Under the pieces are notes generated by a model that saw only the letters and a list, made by a program, of their open reading frames with translations, was not told where the DNA came from and did not search any database. Positions 1 through 8,712 of a stretch of 32,000 nucleotides of DNA are shown here, one piece after another; the stretch's first letter is position 1; each line of letters starts with the position of its first letter. The translations under genes were made by a program, and so were the position numbers. The DNA comes from Patescibacteria group bacterium (GTDB lineage Bacteria > Patescibacteriota > Patescibacteriia > 2-01-FULL-39-33). Location: contig JBAZRV010000003.1 of NCBI GenBank assembly GCA_041662745.1, positions 30,001 to 62,000 of the forward strand, in the 5' to 3' direction.

Positions 1-2025
1 GATTACGCTAAAGATCTTAACGAGGAACAATACAAGGTCGTAACCGATGGCTACGGGCCTTGTTTAGTTTTGGCCGGCGCCGGTTCAGGCAAAACTCGGA
101 CTTTGGTTTATCGCGTAGTTTATTTGTTGGAACAGGGCGTGCCCGCGTCCAATATCATGCTGGTAACCTTCACCAACAAGGCGGCCAAGGAAATGCTGGA
201 ACGAATTGAGGTGCTATTGCACGGCGAAGCCAAGGGCTTGTGGGGCGGCACTTTTCATCATTTGGGCAACCGGTTGTTGCGGCTGTACGGCGAGCGCATT
301 AATATCGCTAATAATTTTACGATTTTAGACGAAGAGGATTCTTTGACCTTGCTTAAGAATTGTTTGAGCCGCAGTAATCCTCCGGAAGACAAATATTTTC
401 CCAAGGCCAAGATTATCCGCTCCATAATCTCTTTGTCGCAGAACTTGTGCCAGCCCATCCGCCAGGTCATTGCCGAGCGCTATGATTATTTTAAGGATAA
501 TTATTTGCCGTGCATTTTGGAGACGGCTGATTTATATAGGGAGCGCAAAGCTCAGATTAATGCGTTGGATTTTGACGACCTCCTGATCAAATGGAACGAA
601 CTGCTGGAACAAGCGCCGGAAATAAAAAAGCGTTTGGGCGAAAAGTTCGTCTACATCCTGATTGACGAATTCCAGGACACTAACGCTTTGCAATCCAAGA
701 TTATCGCTAATCTGGCCCAGCCCCAGCGCAATATTTTGGCGGTCGGCGATGATGCCCAAAGCATCTATGGTTTTCGGGGCGCCGATGTCAATCATATTTT
801 GGATTTTCCTCGGCAATTTCTTGACGCTAAGATCTTAAGATTGGAAACCAACTATCGCTCCACGCCGGAAATTCTGGCGCTCGCCGATACTTCCATTAAC
901 CGCAATGAAGCCAAGTTTGAAAAGCATCTTAAAGCGATCAGGGGCAAGGGCGCCAAACCGGCCGTGGCGGCCTTGACTGACAATTATCAGCAGGCCGAGT
1001 TTGTTTGCCAGAGGCTTTTGGATTTGCAGCGCGAAGATGGCTTGGCGCTGAATGAAATCGCCGTGCTGTTCCGATCGCACTTCCAGTGTTTGGAATTGGA
1101 AATGGAGTTAAACAAGCGGAATATTCCTTATCAGATGCGCGGAGGTTTGCGGTTTTTTGAACAGGCGCATTTAAAAGATATTCTGGCTTATTTGAAAATC
1201 CTGGCCAATTTTCGCGATGAGGTTTCCTGGTTGCGATTGCTTGGCATGCAAAGCGGCATCGGCGAGATGACCGCAGAAAAGATTTGGCGCCAGGCCGCGA
1301 TGTTGGGCGATGTGGGCAAGTTATTGGATTATAGGTTGGAGCTCGGTTCCAAAGCTGCGGCCGGCTGGTCCGCCTTGAAACGCATCTTGGAAAAAATCGC
1401 GAAGATAGACAAAAACGATTTATCCGCGCTGGTAACGGCGATTATTGATTTCGGTTATGAAAAATATTTGCAGGCCAATTATGAAAACTTTCAGGATCGT
1501 TTGGATGATTTAACCCAATTAGTGGAGTTTGTTAAATCTTACGACAGTCTGGAAAGATTTTTGGCGGATACGGCGCTGTCGGAAAATTTTCAGGGCGGAT
1601 CGCGTACCGAGGAGAGGGGAGCGAATGGTGAGCAATTAATTTTGTCTACTATCCATCAGGCCAAGGGCCTGGAGTGGCGGGCAGTGTTTGTAATCGGCTT
1701 GGCGGAGGGCATGTTTCCGCACGCCAAAGTTTATGACAAGCCGGAGGAATTGGAGGAGGAACGGCGATTATTTTATGTGGCTTGCACTCGCGCCAAGGAC
1801 CAGTTGTATTTGAGTTATCCGCTATTCGGCCGCGACAGCATGTTGCATCCGTCGCAGTTTATTAGGGAATTGCCGAGCAAATTATATGATCGCTGGGATG
1901 TGGAAGCGGGCGAGGACGAGGTGATTTATGTGGACGAAGAAGGGGAGCGCGCCCCCGATTCCGGCAAACGGAAGGGTATTTTGGATTTTGATCCGGAATT
2001 GGAGATTGAGGAGTCGGATTATTAA
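1..2025 (+). CDS. UvrD/PcrA-like superfamily 1 DNA helicase, 5' truncated at window edge
   Basis: Frame 1 is open from base 1 (DYAKDLNEEQYKVVTDGYGPCLVLAGAGSGKT); Walker A AGAGSGKT, DEFQDTN, GDDAQSIYGFRGA, LETNYRS, TIHQAKGLEW and VACTRAKDQLYLS motifs of UvrD-family helicases. Confidence 0.95.
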   Translation, partial: DYAKDLNEEQYKVVTDGYGPCLVLAGAGSGKTRTLVYRVVYLLEQGVPASNIMLVTFTNKAAKEMLERIEVLLHGEAKGLWGGTFHHLGNRLLRLYGERINIANNFTILDEEDSLTLLKNCLSRSNPPEDKYFPKAKIIRSIISLSQNLCQPIRQVIAERYDYFKDNYLPCILETADLYRERKAQINALDFDDLLIKWNELLEQAPEIKKRLGEKFVYILIDEFQDTNALQSKIIANLAQPQRNILAVGDDAQSIYGFRGADVNHILDFPRQFLDAKILRLETNYRSTPEILALADTSINRNEAKFEKHLKAIRGKGAKPAVAALTDNYQQAEFVCQRLLDLQREDGLALNEIAVLFRSHFQCLELEMELNKRNIPYQMRGGLRFFEQAHLKDILAYLKILANFRDEVSWLRLLGMQSGIGEMTAEKIWRQAAMLGDVGKLLDYRLELGSKAAAGWSALKRILEKIAKIDKNDLSALVTAIIDFGYEKYLQANYENFQDRLDDLTQLVEFVKSYDSLERFLADTALSENFQGGSRTEERGANGEQLILSTIHQAKGLEWRAVFVIGLAEGMFPHAKVYDKPEELEEERRLFYVACTRAKDQLYLSYPLFGRDSMLHPSQFIRELPSKLYDRWDVEAGEDEVIYVDEEGERAPDSGKRKGILDFDPELEIEESDY

Positions 2026-2133
2026 TTTCGTCGGCTATTGACAAAATACATCATGTTTCTTATTATATTTGCATAATGCGAATCGTATTATGTAATCTTG
2101 AAAGGCTGGTAACCGAAATGAAAGGAGGCCGTG

Positions 2134-2520
2134 ATGCCCGCTTCTAAGAGCCCTGATCATAGTAAAAGCAGTCAGAAAACACTCAAACCCATTGAGGTGA
2201 GTTTTTCCACCGGTCGAGAGATGAGTGATTCAAAATATGCGATGCGCATTTATGCGGAAAGAGGCACAAAAGACGTTCCTTTTTTAAATTTAATCAAACG
2301 CGCCGTTGAAAATTTTTATTATGGCCGTTTCTATCAAGGCTTTAATAATAATCCGATACAGATTGATGCTTCAAAAGCCGAAGTAATCAAAAATATACGC
2401 GTTACTCTTTATACCCGTAATCCGTATGATGGTGGTTGCGATTTTTATCACTTGGTTCCTTGCCTTGATCCCGTAGACGGACATAGCGATAAAGTCATGC
2501 TTTGTTATCGTCGGAGATAA
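2134..2520 (+). CDS. Small hypothetical protein (128 aa)
   Basis: ORF with AGGAGG at 2123-2128, 5 nt before ATG 2134 (the ORF track uses GTG 2131). No family recognised. Confidence 0.6.
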   Translation: MPASKSPDHSKSSQKTLKPIEVSFSTGREMSDSKYAMRIYAERGTKDVPFLNLIKRAVENFYYGRFYQGFNNNPIQIDASKAEVIKNIRVTLYTRNPYDGGCDFYHLVPCLDPVDGHSDKVMLCYRRR

Positions 2521-2613
2521 CATCGGATAGATTATCTGTCGTCAATTCATCATTTTTATTCGTTCCAATCCCGCAATACAATAAGTTGCGGTTTTTTTCT
2601 TGGCAATAATAAA

Positions 2614-2636
2614 AGCCACGGCTTATAGTCGTGGCT
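2614..2636. terminator. Inverted repeat between convergent genes, possible bidirectional terminator
   Basis: AGCCACG (2614-2620) / CGTGGCT (2630-2636), 7 bp stem between the stop codons of convergent ORFs; A-rich run on the left, weak T run on the right. Confidence 0.45.
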
Positions 2637-2644
2637 GATTTTGT

Positions 2645-3499
2645 TCAGGCGCTTATGGCATAAAAATCTTCTCGCGCCTTGAAATATTCTTCTCTCTCTT
2701 TGGGATTAGCAAACCACTGATCGGAGGGGTGGGGACTGAAAAAAGGCGCTTGCATTATACTTTGAGTCGGGTCCAGCAGATCTTCGTAAGGTAAAGAACG
2801 ATTACGCAAATCCTTGATCGCTCCCAGCAACTTTTTTATAATGGCCGCAATCTTTAATTTTTTGCCTTTAGCGTCGTAGATTCTTATTTCTTGCATCGCC
2901 TGGAGTTCATCCATTATCTCTCCAGAATCAAGTCCGTCCAGATGAGTGAGTCCCAACAGTCTTTTGGCCTGCGGCAGATTGTGGCCTCTAATAACCATAA
3001 ACTGCATAAAAATAGAAAACATCACTTCCTTTGCTCCGCCGATACTATATTCCCAGCCATCCATCAAGAAATGGGATCCGGCCATTTCCGCCATGACATG
3101 ATACCACAAAGACATATAAGCGTCTTGGCTCCAGCGCCATTTTTTGGCTTCAAAAACCGACGGCGCGATAAACAGCAAATTGCGTTTAGCGCCTAAGTGA
3201 TCGGCCAGGGCCACGCCCTCAGCAATATTTGGTTGGATGATCAATTGCCAGACGCTGTCGGGGCCGCATTTGGCTATTAATTCTTTGTTTGTTTTTACTC
3301 CTTGTTCCTCCAGAACATCAAAGCATCTTTTGCCGGAGGTGATAGGCATACTGACGTAAGAAATCATTTTTCGGCGATTACCGCGAAAAGATCGATACGC
3401 GCCCATGACGGTTTGGAAGTTGGCTCTCTCTTCATCATTCATTCGTTCAAAAGACGGTTCCACCAAAGAAAAAATACTCTGTTCATCGCGCTGAGCCAT
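2645..3499 (-). CDS. Conserved-looking hypothetical protein (284 aa)
   Basis: Long ORF; ATG at 3499 (MAQRDEQS...) is preceded by GGGAGG with good spacing, so the track's upstream start at 3589 is probably wrong. No family recognised. Confidence 0.7.
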   Translation of the reverse strand: MAQRDEQSIFSLVEPSFERMNDEERANFQTVMGAYRSFRGNRRKMISYVSMPITSGKRCFDVLEEQGVKTNKELIAKCGPDSVWQLIIQPNIAEGVALADHLGAKRNLLFIAPSVFEAKKWRWSQDAYMSLWYHVMAEMAGSHFLMDGWEYSIGGAKEVMFSIFMQFMVIRGHNLPQAKRLLGLTHLDGLDSGEIMDELQAMQEIRIYDAKGKKLKIAAIIKKLLGAIKDLRNRSLPYEDLLDPTQSIMQAPFFSPHPSDQWFANPKEREEYFKAREDFYAISA

Positions 3500-3647
3500 A
3501 ACTGTTCCTCCCAAGGGTTGAGTGATATTTTTTATTTCAAGGTGCTTTTTTAATACGCCAAGCTTACCAATTGCGGGTATCTTTGTCAAATAACCAGGAC
3601 TTATCTTGAGTTGCTCAAAAATAAATAAAATGGTAAAATGCAGGCGT

Positions 3648-4196
3648 ATGTTAATGCTGATTGCCGTAACATTTTATCTGTTGCTACCCGCTTACCTGGC
3701 CAATATGGCTCCGCCGATATTCGGCCGTTTGGGGTTGCTTAAGCCGTTGGCCAAACCCATTGACGGCGGCCGCAAGTGGCGCGGGGAGTATATTTTCGGG
3801 TCGGGCAAAACTTGGCGCGGGGTTGTCGCTGCCGTGATTTTTGGCATTCTTACCGCCGGTTTGCAGGCCTGGCTTTTCAATTACCCCTCATTTGAGGGGA
3901 TTTCTCTGGTTGATTATCCGAGCGTCTGGCCGGTTTTTGGTTTTCTGGCCGGCTTGGGCGCAATCATGGGTGATTTGGCTAAGAGCTTTTTCAAGCGACG
4001 CATCGGCATCGCTTCCGGCGGCAGTTGGCCGGTGTTTGATCAGTTGGATTTTATCGCGGGATTTTTCTTGTTTACCTGGGGATACGCGGCGTTATTCTGG
4101 CAGGTTGCCGTGGCCGCTTGTTTGCTTACTTTGATACTTCATCCTTTAACCAACATCGCCGCTTACTTGTTAAAATTAAAAAAGGTTTGGTGGTAG
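3648..4196 (+). CDS. CDP-archaeol synthase / CDP-diglyceride synthetase-like membrane protein (CarS/DUF46-like)
   Basis: MLMLIAVTFYLLLPAYLANMAPPIFG...PLAKPIDGG...GSGKTWRG...GAIMGDLAKSFFKRRIGIASGGSWPVFDQLDFIAG: N-terminal PAYxANMxP, GxxKTWRG, GDxxxSFxKRR and DQLDF motifs with multiple hydrophobic helices match CarS-like CDP-archaeol synthases. Confidence 0.8.
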   Translation: MLMLIAVTFYLLLPAYLANMAPPIFGRLGLLKPLAKPIDGGRKWRGEYIFGSGKTWRGVVAAVIFGILTAGLQAWLFNYPSFEGISLVDYPSVWPVFGFLAGLGAIMGDLAKSFFKRRIGIASGGSWPVFDQLDFIAGFFLFTWGYAALFWQVAVAACLLTLILHPLTNIAAYLLKLKKVWW

Positions 4197-4200
4197 CAAA

Positions 4201-4290
4201 TGTCATTCTGAACGAAGTGAAGAATCTAAAGTTTAAACTTGAGATCCTTCGCTTCACTCCCGCTACGCTTACGTTTCACTTAGGATGACA
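4201..4290. repeat. REP-like intergenic palindromic element (tgtcattctgaacgaagtgaag... type)
   Basis: TGTCATTCTG...TAGGATGACA ends form an imperfect inverted repeat; non-coding spacer. Confidence 0.6.
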
Positions 4291-4321
4291 AAAAGGAAAC
4301 TGAATCTAAATTATAATTTCT

Positions 4322-5407
4322 ATGTCTATAACTCTAGTCTTACTCGCCTTGATAGTTATTTTGATCGCTGTGGTGATCGGCTTGTTTTTATTTTTTAACA
4401 GCAAATTGTCGCAATTGGCCGCGCCTCAGGACGACAAGACGGCGCTTTTGCTGTTTGAACGGCTTAAGGAATTGAATCAGACCATGGATTCCAGCATCAG
4501 GGGTTTGAATCAGACGGTGGATACCAAATTGGCGGAGTCGTCAAGGCAGATGCAGACGCAATTCGGCCAGAGCATCAGCATTATCAGGGGAGTGACCGAA
4601 AAAGTCACTGAACTGCAAGCTACCAATAAGCAAGTCATGGGTTTTTCAGAACAACTGAAGAATTTGGAAAAAGTCTTGACCAGCCAGAAACAGCGCGGCA
4701 ATTTGGGCGAAGCCGGCTTGCATTTGGTGTTGGACAATATCCTGCCGCCGACCGCCTTCAAAATCCAGTACCAGTTTGACGACGGCGACATCGTAGACGC
4801 CGCCATTTTTACCAAAGACGGCATTATTCCCGTGGATGCCAAGTTTTCCCTGGATAATTACAATCGCGTAATTAACGAAGACAACGAAGAAAAGCGCGCG
4901 GTCTATGAAAAAGAATTCAAGAACGATTTGAAGAAGCGCATTGATGAAACCAGCAAATATATCAAACCGGATAAGGGAACTTTGGATTTTGCCTTTATGT
5001 TTATTCCCGCCGAGGCTATTTATTATGATCTGCTGGTCAATGAAGTCGGCGCCATTAAAATCAATACCCGCTCGTTGATTGATTACGCTTTCAAAGAGAA
5101 AAAGGTGATCATCGTTTCACCCACGACTTTCGCCGCCTACTTGCAGACGGTTCTGCAAGGCTTGCGCGCCTTGAAAATAGAAGAAAAAACCAAGGATATC
5201 ATCAGGCGGGTGGAAATGCTGCAGAATCATGTGGCGGCTTATGACGAATATTTCAAGAAAGTCGGAAACAATCTGGCCACGACGGTTAATGCCTATAACG
5301 CGGCGGACAAGGAATTCAAAAAAATTGATAAGGATGTGGTGAAGATTACCGGCGCCGAAAGCGGTATAGATCTCTTGCAGTTGGAGGGGCCGAAGAAAGT
5401 CGATTAA
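4322..5407 (+). CDS. rmuC: DNA recombination protein RmuC family
   Basis: N-terminal TM helix, coiled-coil region, then SQKQRGNLGEAGLHLVLDNILP, VDAAIF, IPVDAKFSLDNY, FAFMFIPAEAIYYDLL, VIIVSPTTFAAYLQTV motifs of RmuC. Confidence 0.93.
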   Translation: MSITLVLLALIVILIAVVIGLFLFFNSKLSQLAAPQDDKTALLLFERLKELNQTMDSSIRGLNQTVDTKLAESSRQMQTQFGQSISIIRGVTEKVTELQATNKQVMGFSEQLKNLEKVLTSQKQRGNLGEAGLHLVLDNILPPTAFKIQYQFDDGDIVDAAIFTKDGIIPVDAKFSLDNYNRVINEDNEEKRAVYEKEFKNDLKKRIDETSKYIKPDKGTLDFAFMFIPAEAIYYDLLVNEVGAIKINTRSLIDYAFKEKKVIIVSPTTFAAYLQTVLQGLRALKIEEKTKDIIRRVEMLQNHVAAYDEYFKKVGNNLATTVNAYNAADKEFKKIDKDVVKITGAESGIDLLQLEGPKKVD

Positions 5408-5408
5408 T

Positions 5409-5894
5409 ATGAGATACCTGGAAGGAGAAGAAAAAACCACGGCCGAGAAATATATTTCCGCGGCTGCCGAAGTAGCCAAGCAAGCCACTTGTGAACGATC
5501 CAAATGCGGCACGGTAATAGTTAATAATGGGCAAATCATCGGCTCCGGTTTCAATTCACCGGCCGGAAATCTGGAGAGTCAGCGACGTTGTCAAGCGCTC
5601 AAAAGAGATTTGCATTCCAAGGTGACGGATAAAACCTGCTGCGTGCACGCCGAACAGCGGGCGATCATGGACGCCTTACGCCGCCAGCCCGACCGATTAA
5701 GCGGTGCGGTTCTGTACTTTACTCGCTTGAGCGATAACGGCGAAGCGACAGAATCGGGTCAGCCATATTGCACTCATTGCAGCAAGTTGGCTCTTGATGT
5801 CGGTATCAGCAAGTTTATCTTATGGCACAAAGAGGGAATTGGCGCTTATCCGACAGACGAATATAATTTATTGTCTTATCAATATCAAGAATAA
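5409..5894 (+). CDS. dCMP/cytidine deaminase family protein
   Basis: CERSKCGTVIVNNGQIIGSGFNSP..., C-HAE (CCVHAEQRAIMDALR) and PYCTHC zinc ligands. Confidence 0.85.
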   Translation: MRYLEGEEKTTAEKYISAAAEVAKQATCERSKCGTVIVNNGQIIGSGFNSPAGNLESQRRCQALKRDLHSKVTDKTCCVHAEQRAIMDALRRQPDRLSGAVLYFTRLSDNGEATESGQPYCTHCSKLALDVGISKFILWHKEGIGAYPTDEYNLLSYQYQE

Positions 5895-5898
5895 TTTT

Positions 5899-6636
5899 AT
5901 GCCTAAAATCGCTATTATCGGCGGGTCGGGGTTGGATGATCCGCAGATCCTGTCAAACGTCACGGAAAAGATAATTGAAAATAAATACGGCCGGCTGGCC
6001 TCGCCCTTGACTGTCGGGCAAATCGCCGGCGTGGAGGTGGTGATTCTGGCTCGCCACGGCAAGGCGCACAATGTCATGCCGACCAGGATTAATTTTATGG
6101 CCAATATCCAAGCGCTGAAGGATGAAGGTTGTACGCATATTTTGGCCACAACCGCCGTCGGATCGTTGAGGGAAGAAATCAAGCCGGGTAATCTGGTTTT
6201 TCCCAATCAGTTTATTGATTTTACCCGCCATCGCAATCTGACTTATTTTACGGATCAAGTGGAGCATAAGCCCATGGCCGATCCTTATGATCCGTTGTTA
6301 CGTAGCATGCTACGTAACACTTGCGATGATTTAAGTTTTGAATATAATTACGACAAGACGGTGATTACGATTGAAGGACCCAGATTTTCCACCCGCGCCG
6401 AAAGTCACATGTTTCGCCAATGGGGAGCGGATATCATTAATATGTCCACTTGCCCGGAAGTGATTCTGGCCAACGAATTGGGCTTGCCTTACCAGACCAT
6501 CGCCATGTCCACGGATTATGATTGCTGGAAAACCGATGAAGCGCCGGTAACTTTTGAAATGGTGATGCAACGCATGGCCGAGAACGCGGAAAAGGTAAAA
6601 CAACTATTAATCAAAGTTATACCAAAAATAAAATAA
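5899..6636 (+). CDS. mtnP: S-methyl-5'-thioadenosine phosphorylase (MTAP/PNP family)
   Basis: MPKIAIIGGSGLDD..., ARHGKAHNVMPTRINFMANIQAL, TTAVGSLREEIKPG, EGPRFSTRAES, MSTCPEVILANELGLPYQTIAMSTDYDCW typical of MTAP. ATG 5899 fits better than the track start at 5794. Confidence 0.88.
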   Translation: MPKIAIIGGSGLDDPQILSNVTEKIIENKYGRLASPLTVGQIAGVEVVILARHGKAHNVMPTRINFMANIQALKDEGCTHILATTAVGSLREEIKPGNLVFPNQFIDFTRHRNLTYFTDQVEHKPMADPYDPLLRSMLRNTCDDLSFEYNYDKTVITIEGPRFSTRAESHMFRQWGADIINMSTCPEVILANELGLPYQTIAMSTDYDCWKTDEAPVTFEMVMQRMAENAEKVKQLLIKVIPKIK

Positions 6637-6684
6637 TTACACCATTGTCAAAGTTATACCAAAAATAAAATAATTACACCATTG
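6611..6684. repeat. Tandem duplication, 2 x 37 bp
   Basis: TCAAAGTTATACCAAAAATAAAATAATTACACCATTG at 6611-6647 repeated perfectly at 6648-6684; first copy contains the mtnP stop codon. Confidence 0.95.
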
Positions 6685-6769
6685 TCATTCCTGCGAAAGC
6701 AGGAATCCAGGTTAGAAATTAAAATTTGTTAATACTTAACCTGGTTTCTTGGTCAAGCCAGGAATGACA
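6683..6769. repeat. REP-like palindromic element (gtcattcctgcgaaagcaggaatcc type)
   Basis: Outer perfect inverted repeat TGTCATTCCTG (6683-6693)/CAGGAATGACA (6759-6769) and inner CCAGGTT (6707-6713)/AACCTGG (6738-6744). Confidence 0.8.
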
Positions 6770-6789
6770 TCTAGTTAGATTATAAATCT

Positions 6790-7317
6790 ATGCCTATTAA
6801 ATCGCGTATTCGCACGGTGGCGGACTGGCCCAAGAAAGGCGTCATGTTCCGCGACATTACTACTTTAATAAAAGACCCGGTCGGGTTGAAATTGTGTTTG
6901 GACGATTTTGCGGAAAGATACAAAGATAAGGAGGTTGATGTGATTGTCGGCATTGACAGCCGCGGCTTTATCTTGGGCGGCGCTTTGGCTTACTTGTTGG
7001 GCAAGGGGTTCGTGCCGGTGCGCAAGAAAGGCAAATTGCCGGCGGCAACGGAAAGCGAATCGTATGATCTGGAATACGGCATGGACACGATAGAAATCCA
7101 TAAAGACGCCATTGCGTCCGGCCAGAAAGTAGTGATTATTGATGATCTGATCGCCACCGGCGGCACGGCTCTGGCCGCTTCCAAATTAGTAAAAAAGTTA
7201 GGCGGAGAAATAAATGAGTTGGCATTTATTGTGGATTTGCCGGATTTGGGCGGTGGCAAGAAACTGACCGGTGCCGGGCTTAAATATTACGCTCAGACCG
7301 AGTTTGCCGGGGAGTAG
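6790..7317 (+). CDS. apt: Adenine phosphoribosyltransferase
   Basis: IRTVADWPKKGVMFRDITTLIKDP, GIDSRGFILGGALA, VPVRKKGKLPAAT, VVIIDDLIATGGTALAA motifs. Confidence 0.93.
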   Translation: MPIKSRIRTVADWPKKGVMFRDITTLIKDPVGLKLCLDDFAERYKDKEVDVIVGIDSRGFILGGALAYLLGKGFVPVRKKGKLPAATESESYDLEYGMDTIEIHKDAIASGQKVVIIDDLIATGGTALAASKLVKKLGGEINELAFIVDLPDLGGGKKLTGAGLKYYAQTEFAGE

Positions 7318-7444
7318 CTTGATTTTTTTCTAGTTTTACGATATTATGATATGAACTTTAACTTATTAACAATAGTTAATCAAAGTTAGGATATAGGATA
7401 GTAAAACATAACAACAGACGAAAACAGAAAGAGAGGATAAAGCC

Positions 7445-7636
7445 ATGGCCCTGTGTATTACTTGTAGCGGAGACATCCGCGGATCAAAACGCGCGAAAGG
7501 CGGATGTACTGCGCCGAGTTGCAATAACGTGACTGCTTATGCCGATTATCGTTATTGCCCGCACTGCGCCGAGGAATTGGGCCGTTGCGAATGTTGCGGG
7601 AAAAGGCAAGAAAAACAGCACCAGATTGAAGATTAG
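7445..7636 (+). CDS. Cys-rich putative zinc-ribbon mini-protein (63 aa)
   Basis: Contains CITC, CTAPSC, CPHC and CECCG motifs; GAGAGGA upstream; immediately upstream of the hydrogenase beta gene. Confidence 0.65.
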   Translation: MALCITCSGDIRGSKRAKGGCTAPSCNNVTAYADYRYCPHCAEELGRCECCGKRQEKQHQIED

Positions 7637-7705
7637 AACGCCAAAGGCGGACACGAGTTGTCCGCTTTTATTTTTGTTTTGGTTTGTGTTATAATATTAT
7701 TAATT

Positions 7706-8686
7706 ATGCCAAAGGAAGATGACAAATTGAGTCGGTTGATCACCGGCGTTTTCCGCGATTATTTCGTTTACGCTCCGGTTAAGCGAGCCGGACGTCTCTT
7801 AGTGCAAGAAGCCAAGACGCCGGAAGAGGTAAATTGGTCGGGCCAGCTAACGGAGAACTCTTGGAAAGAGCTGTTTTTGCCTCATCGGGAAAAACTGTTT
7901 GAAAGCCGGCAGGGGTTGCTGGAAACTAAAGGCGAACAGCCGCCGGTAGCCTGTCTGGGCATGAATATTCTTGATTTGAAAGCATTGATGCTGTTTGATT
8001 TGGTTTTCGGCAATGATGTTTATTATCAAAATCGCCGCCAAAAGACATTAGTCATCGGTTATGGCGTTGATTGGCCTAACGGCTACAAGCAAAGCAAGAT
8101 TTTTTCCCATAATTTTAAGGAAGACGTTTTAGAGCATGTGTCGTTTGATATTTTTATCGCCGGCCGCAAAGCCGGAGAGCCGACTTTTTATTCCGGCTCC
8201 CCCCTTGGCCGGAAATTATTGGAGGGTTGCGGGATTAAGGATTTTGAGAATATCAAGTTTGCCGGCGCTGTGGCCGAGAGCGGACCGGACAAGCGCATGT
8301 TGGAAATCAAAGGCAAACTGGAACGCTCCGCCGATCATTATTTATGGAATAATTTGGATCAGATCTGCCTGGCTTGCGGCAAATGCACCATTGCCTGCCC
8401 GACTTGCTTTTGTTTTGATCTGGAAGACAAGGCCAACCCCGATGATCCGCGGCGCGACCGCAAATGGGGAAGTTGCTTTTATAATGATTTTTCCTTGGTC
8501 GCTGGCGGACACAAAGAGCTGGATACGGTCAAGAAAAAAATATTTTTCTGGTATTACCATAAGTTCGCGCGCATCCCCCAAGAGTATTCTTATGTCGGTT
8601 GCGTGTCTTGCGGCCGTTGCACGCGCACTTGCCCGGTCGGCATTGATATCGCCAAAAATATTGCCAAAATATCCAAAATTGTTTAA
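7706..8686 (+). CDS. hydB: Group 3b-type [NiFe] (sulf)hydrogenase beta subunit, 4Fe-4S protein
   Basis: CLGMNILDLKALMLFDLVF, CLACGKCTIACPTCFCFD, CVSCGRCTRTCPVGIDIAK; followed by gamma, delta and alpha subunit genes. ATG at 7706. Confidence 0.9.
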   Translation: MPKEDDKLSRLITGVFRDYFVYAPVKRAGRLLVQEAKTPEEVNWSGQLTENSWKELFLPHREKLFESRQGLLETKGEQPPVACLGMNILDLKALMLFDLVFGNDVYYQNRRQKTLVIGYGVDWPNGYKQSKIFSHNFKEDVLEHVSFDIFIAGRKAGEPTFYSGSPLGRKLLEGCGIKDFENIKFAGAVAESGPDKRMLEIKGKLERSADHYLWNNLDQICLACGKCTIACPTCFCFDLEDKANPDDPRRDRKWGSCFYNDFSLVAGGHKELDTVKKKIFFWYYHKFARIPQEYSYVGCVSCGRCTRTCPVGIDIAKNIAKISKIV

Positions 8687-8712
8687 TTATTTATTTACTT
8701 ACTAAGTAGATT

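Noticed and set aside
5794-5898. Upstream extension of the mtnP ORF in the track
   Set aside because: Overlaps the end of the deaminase gene and lacks homology to MTAP; ATG 5899 gives the canonical N-terminus MPKIAIIGGSG.
6611-6684. Possible CRISPR-like direct repeats
   Set aside because: The two 37-bp copies are directly adjacent with no spacer, and no cas genes are present; a tandem duplication fits.
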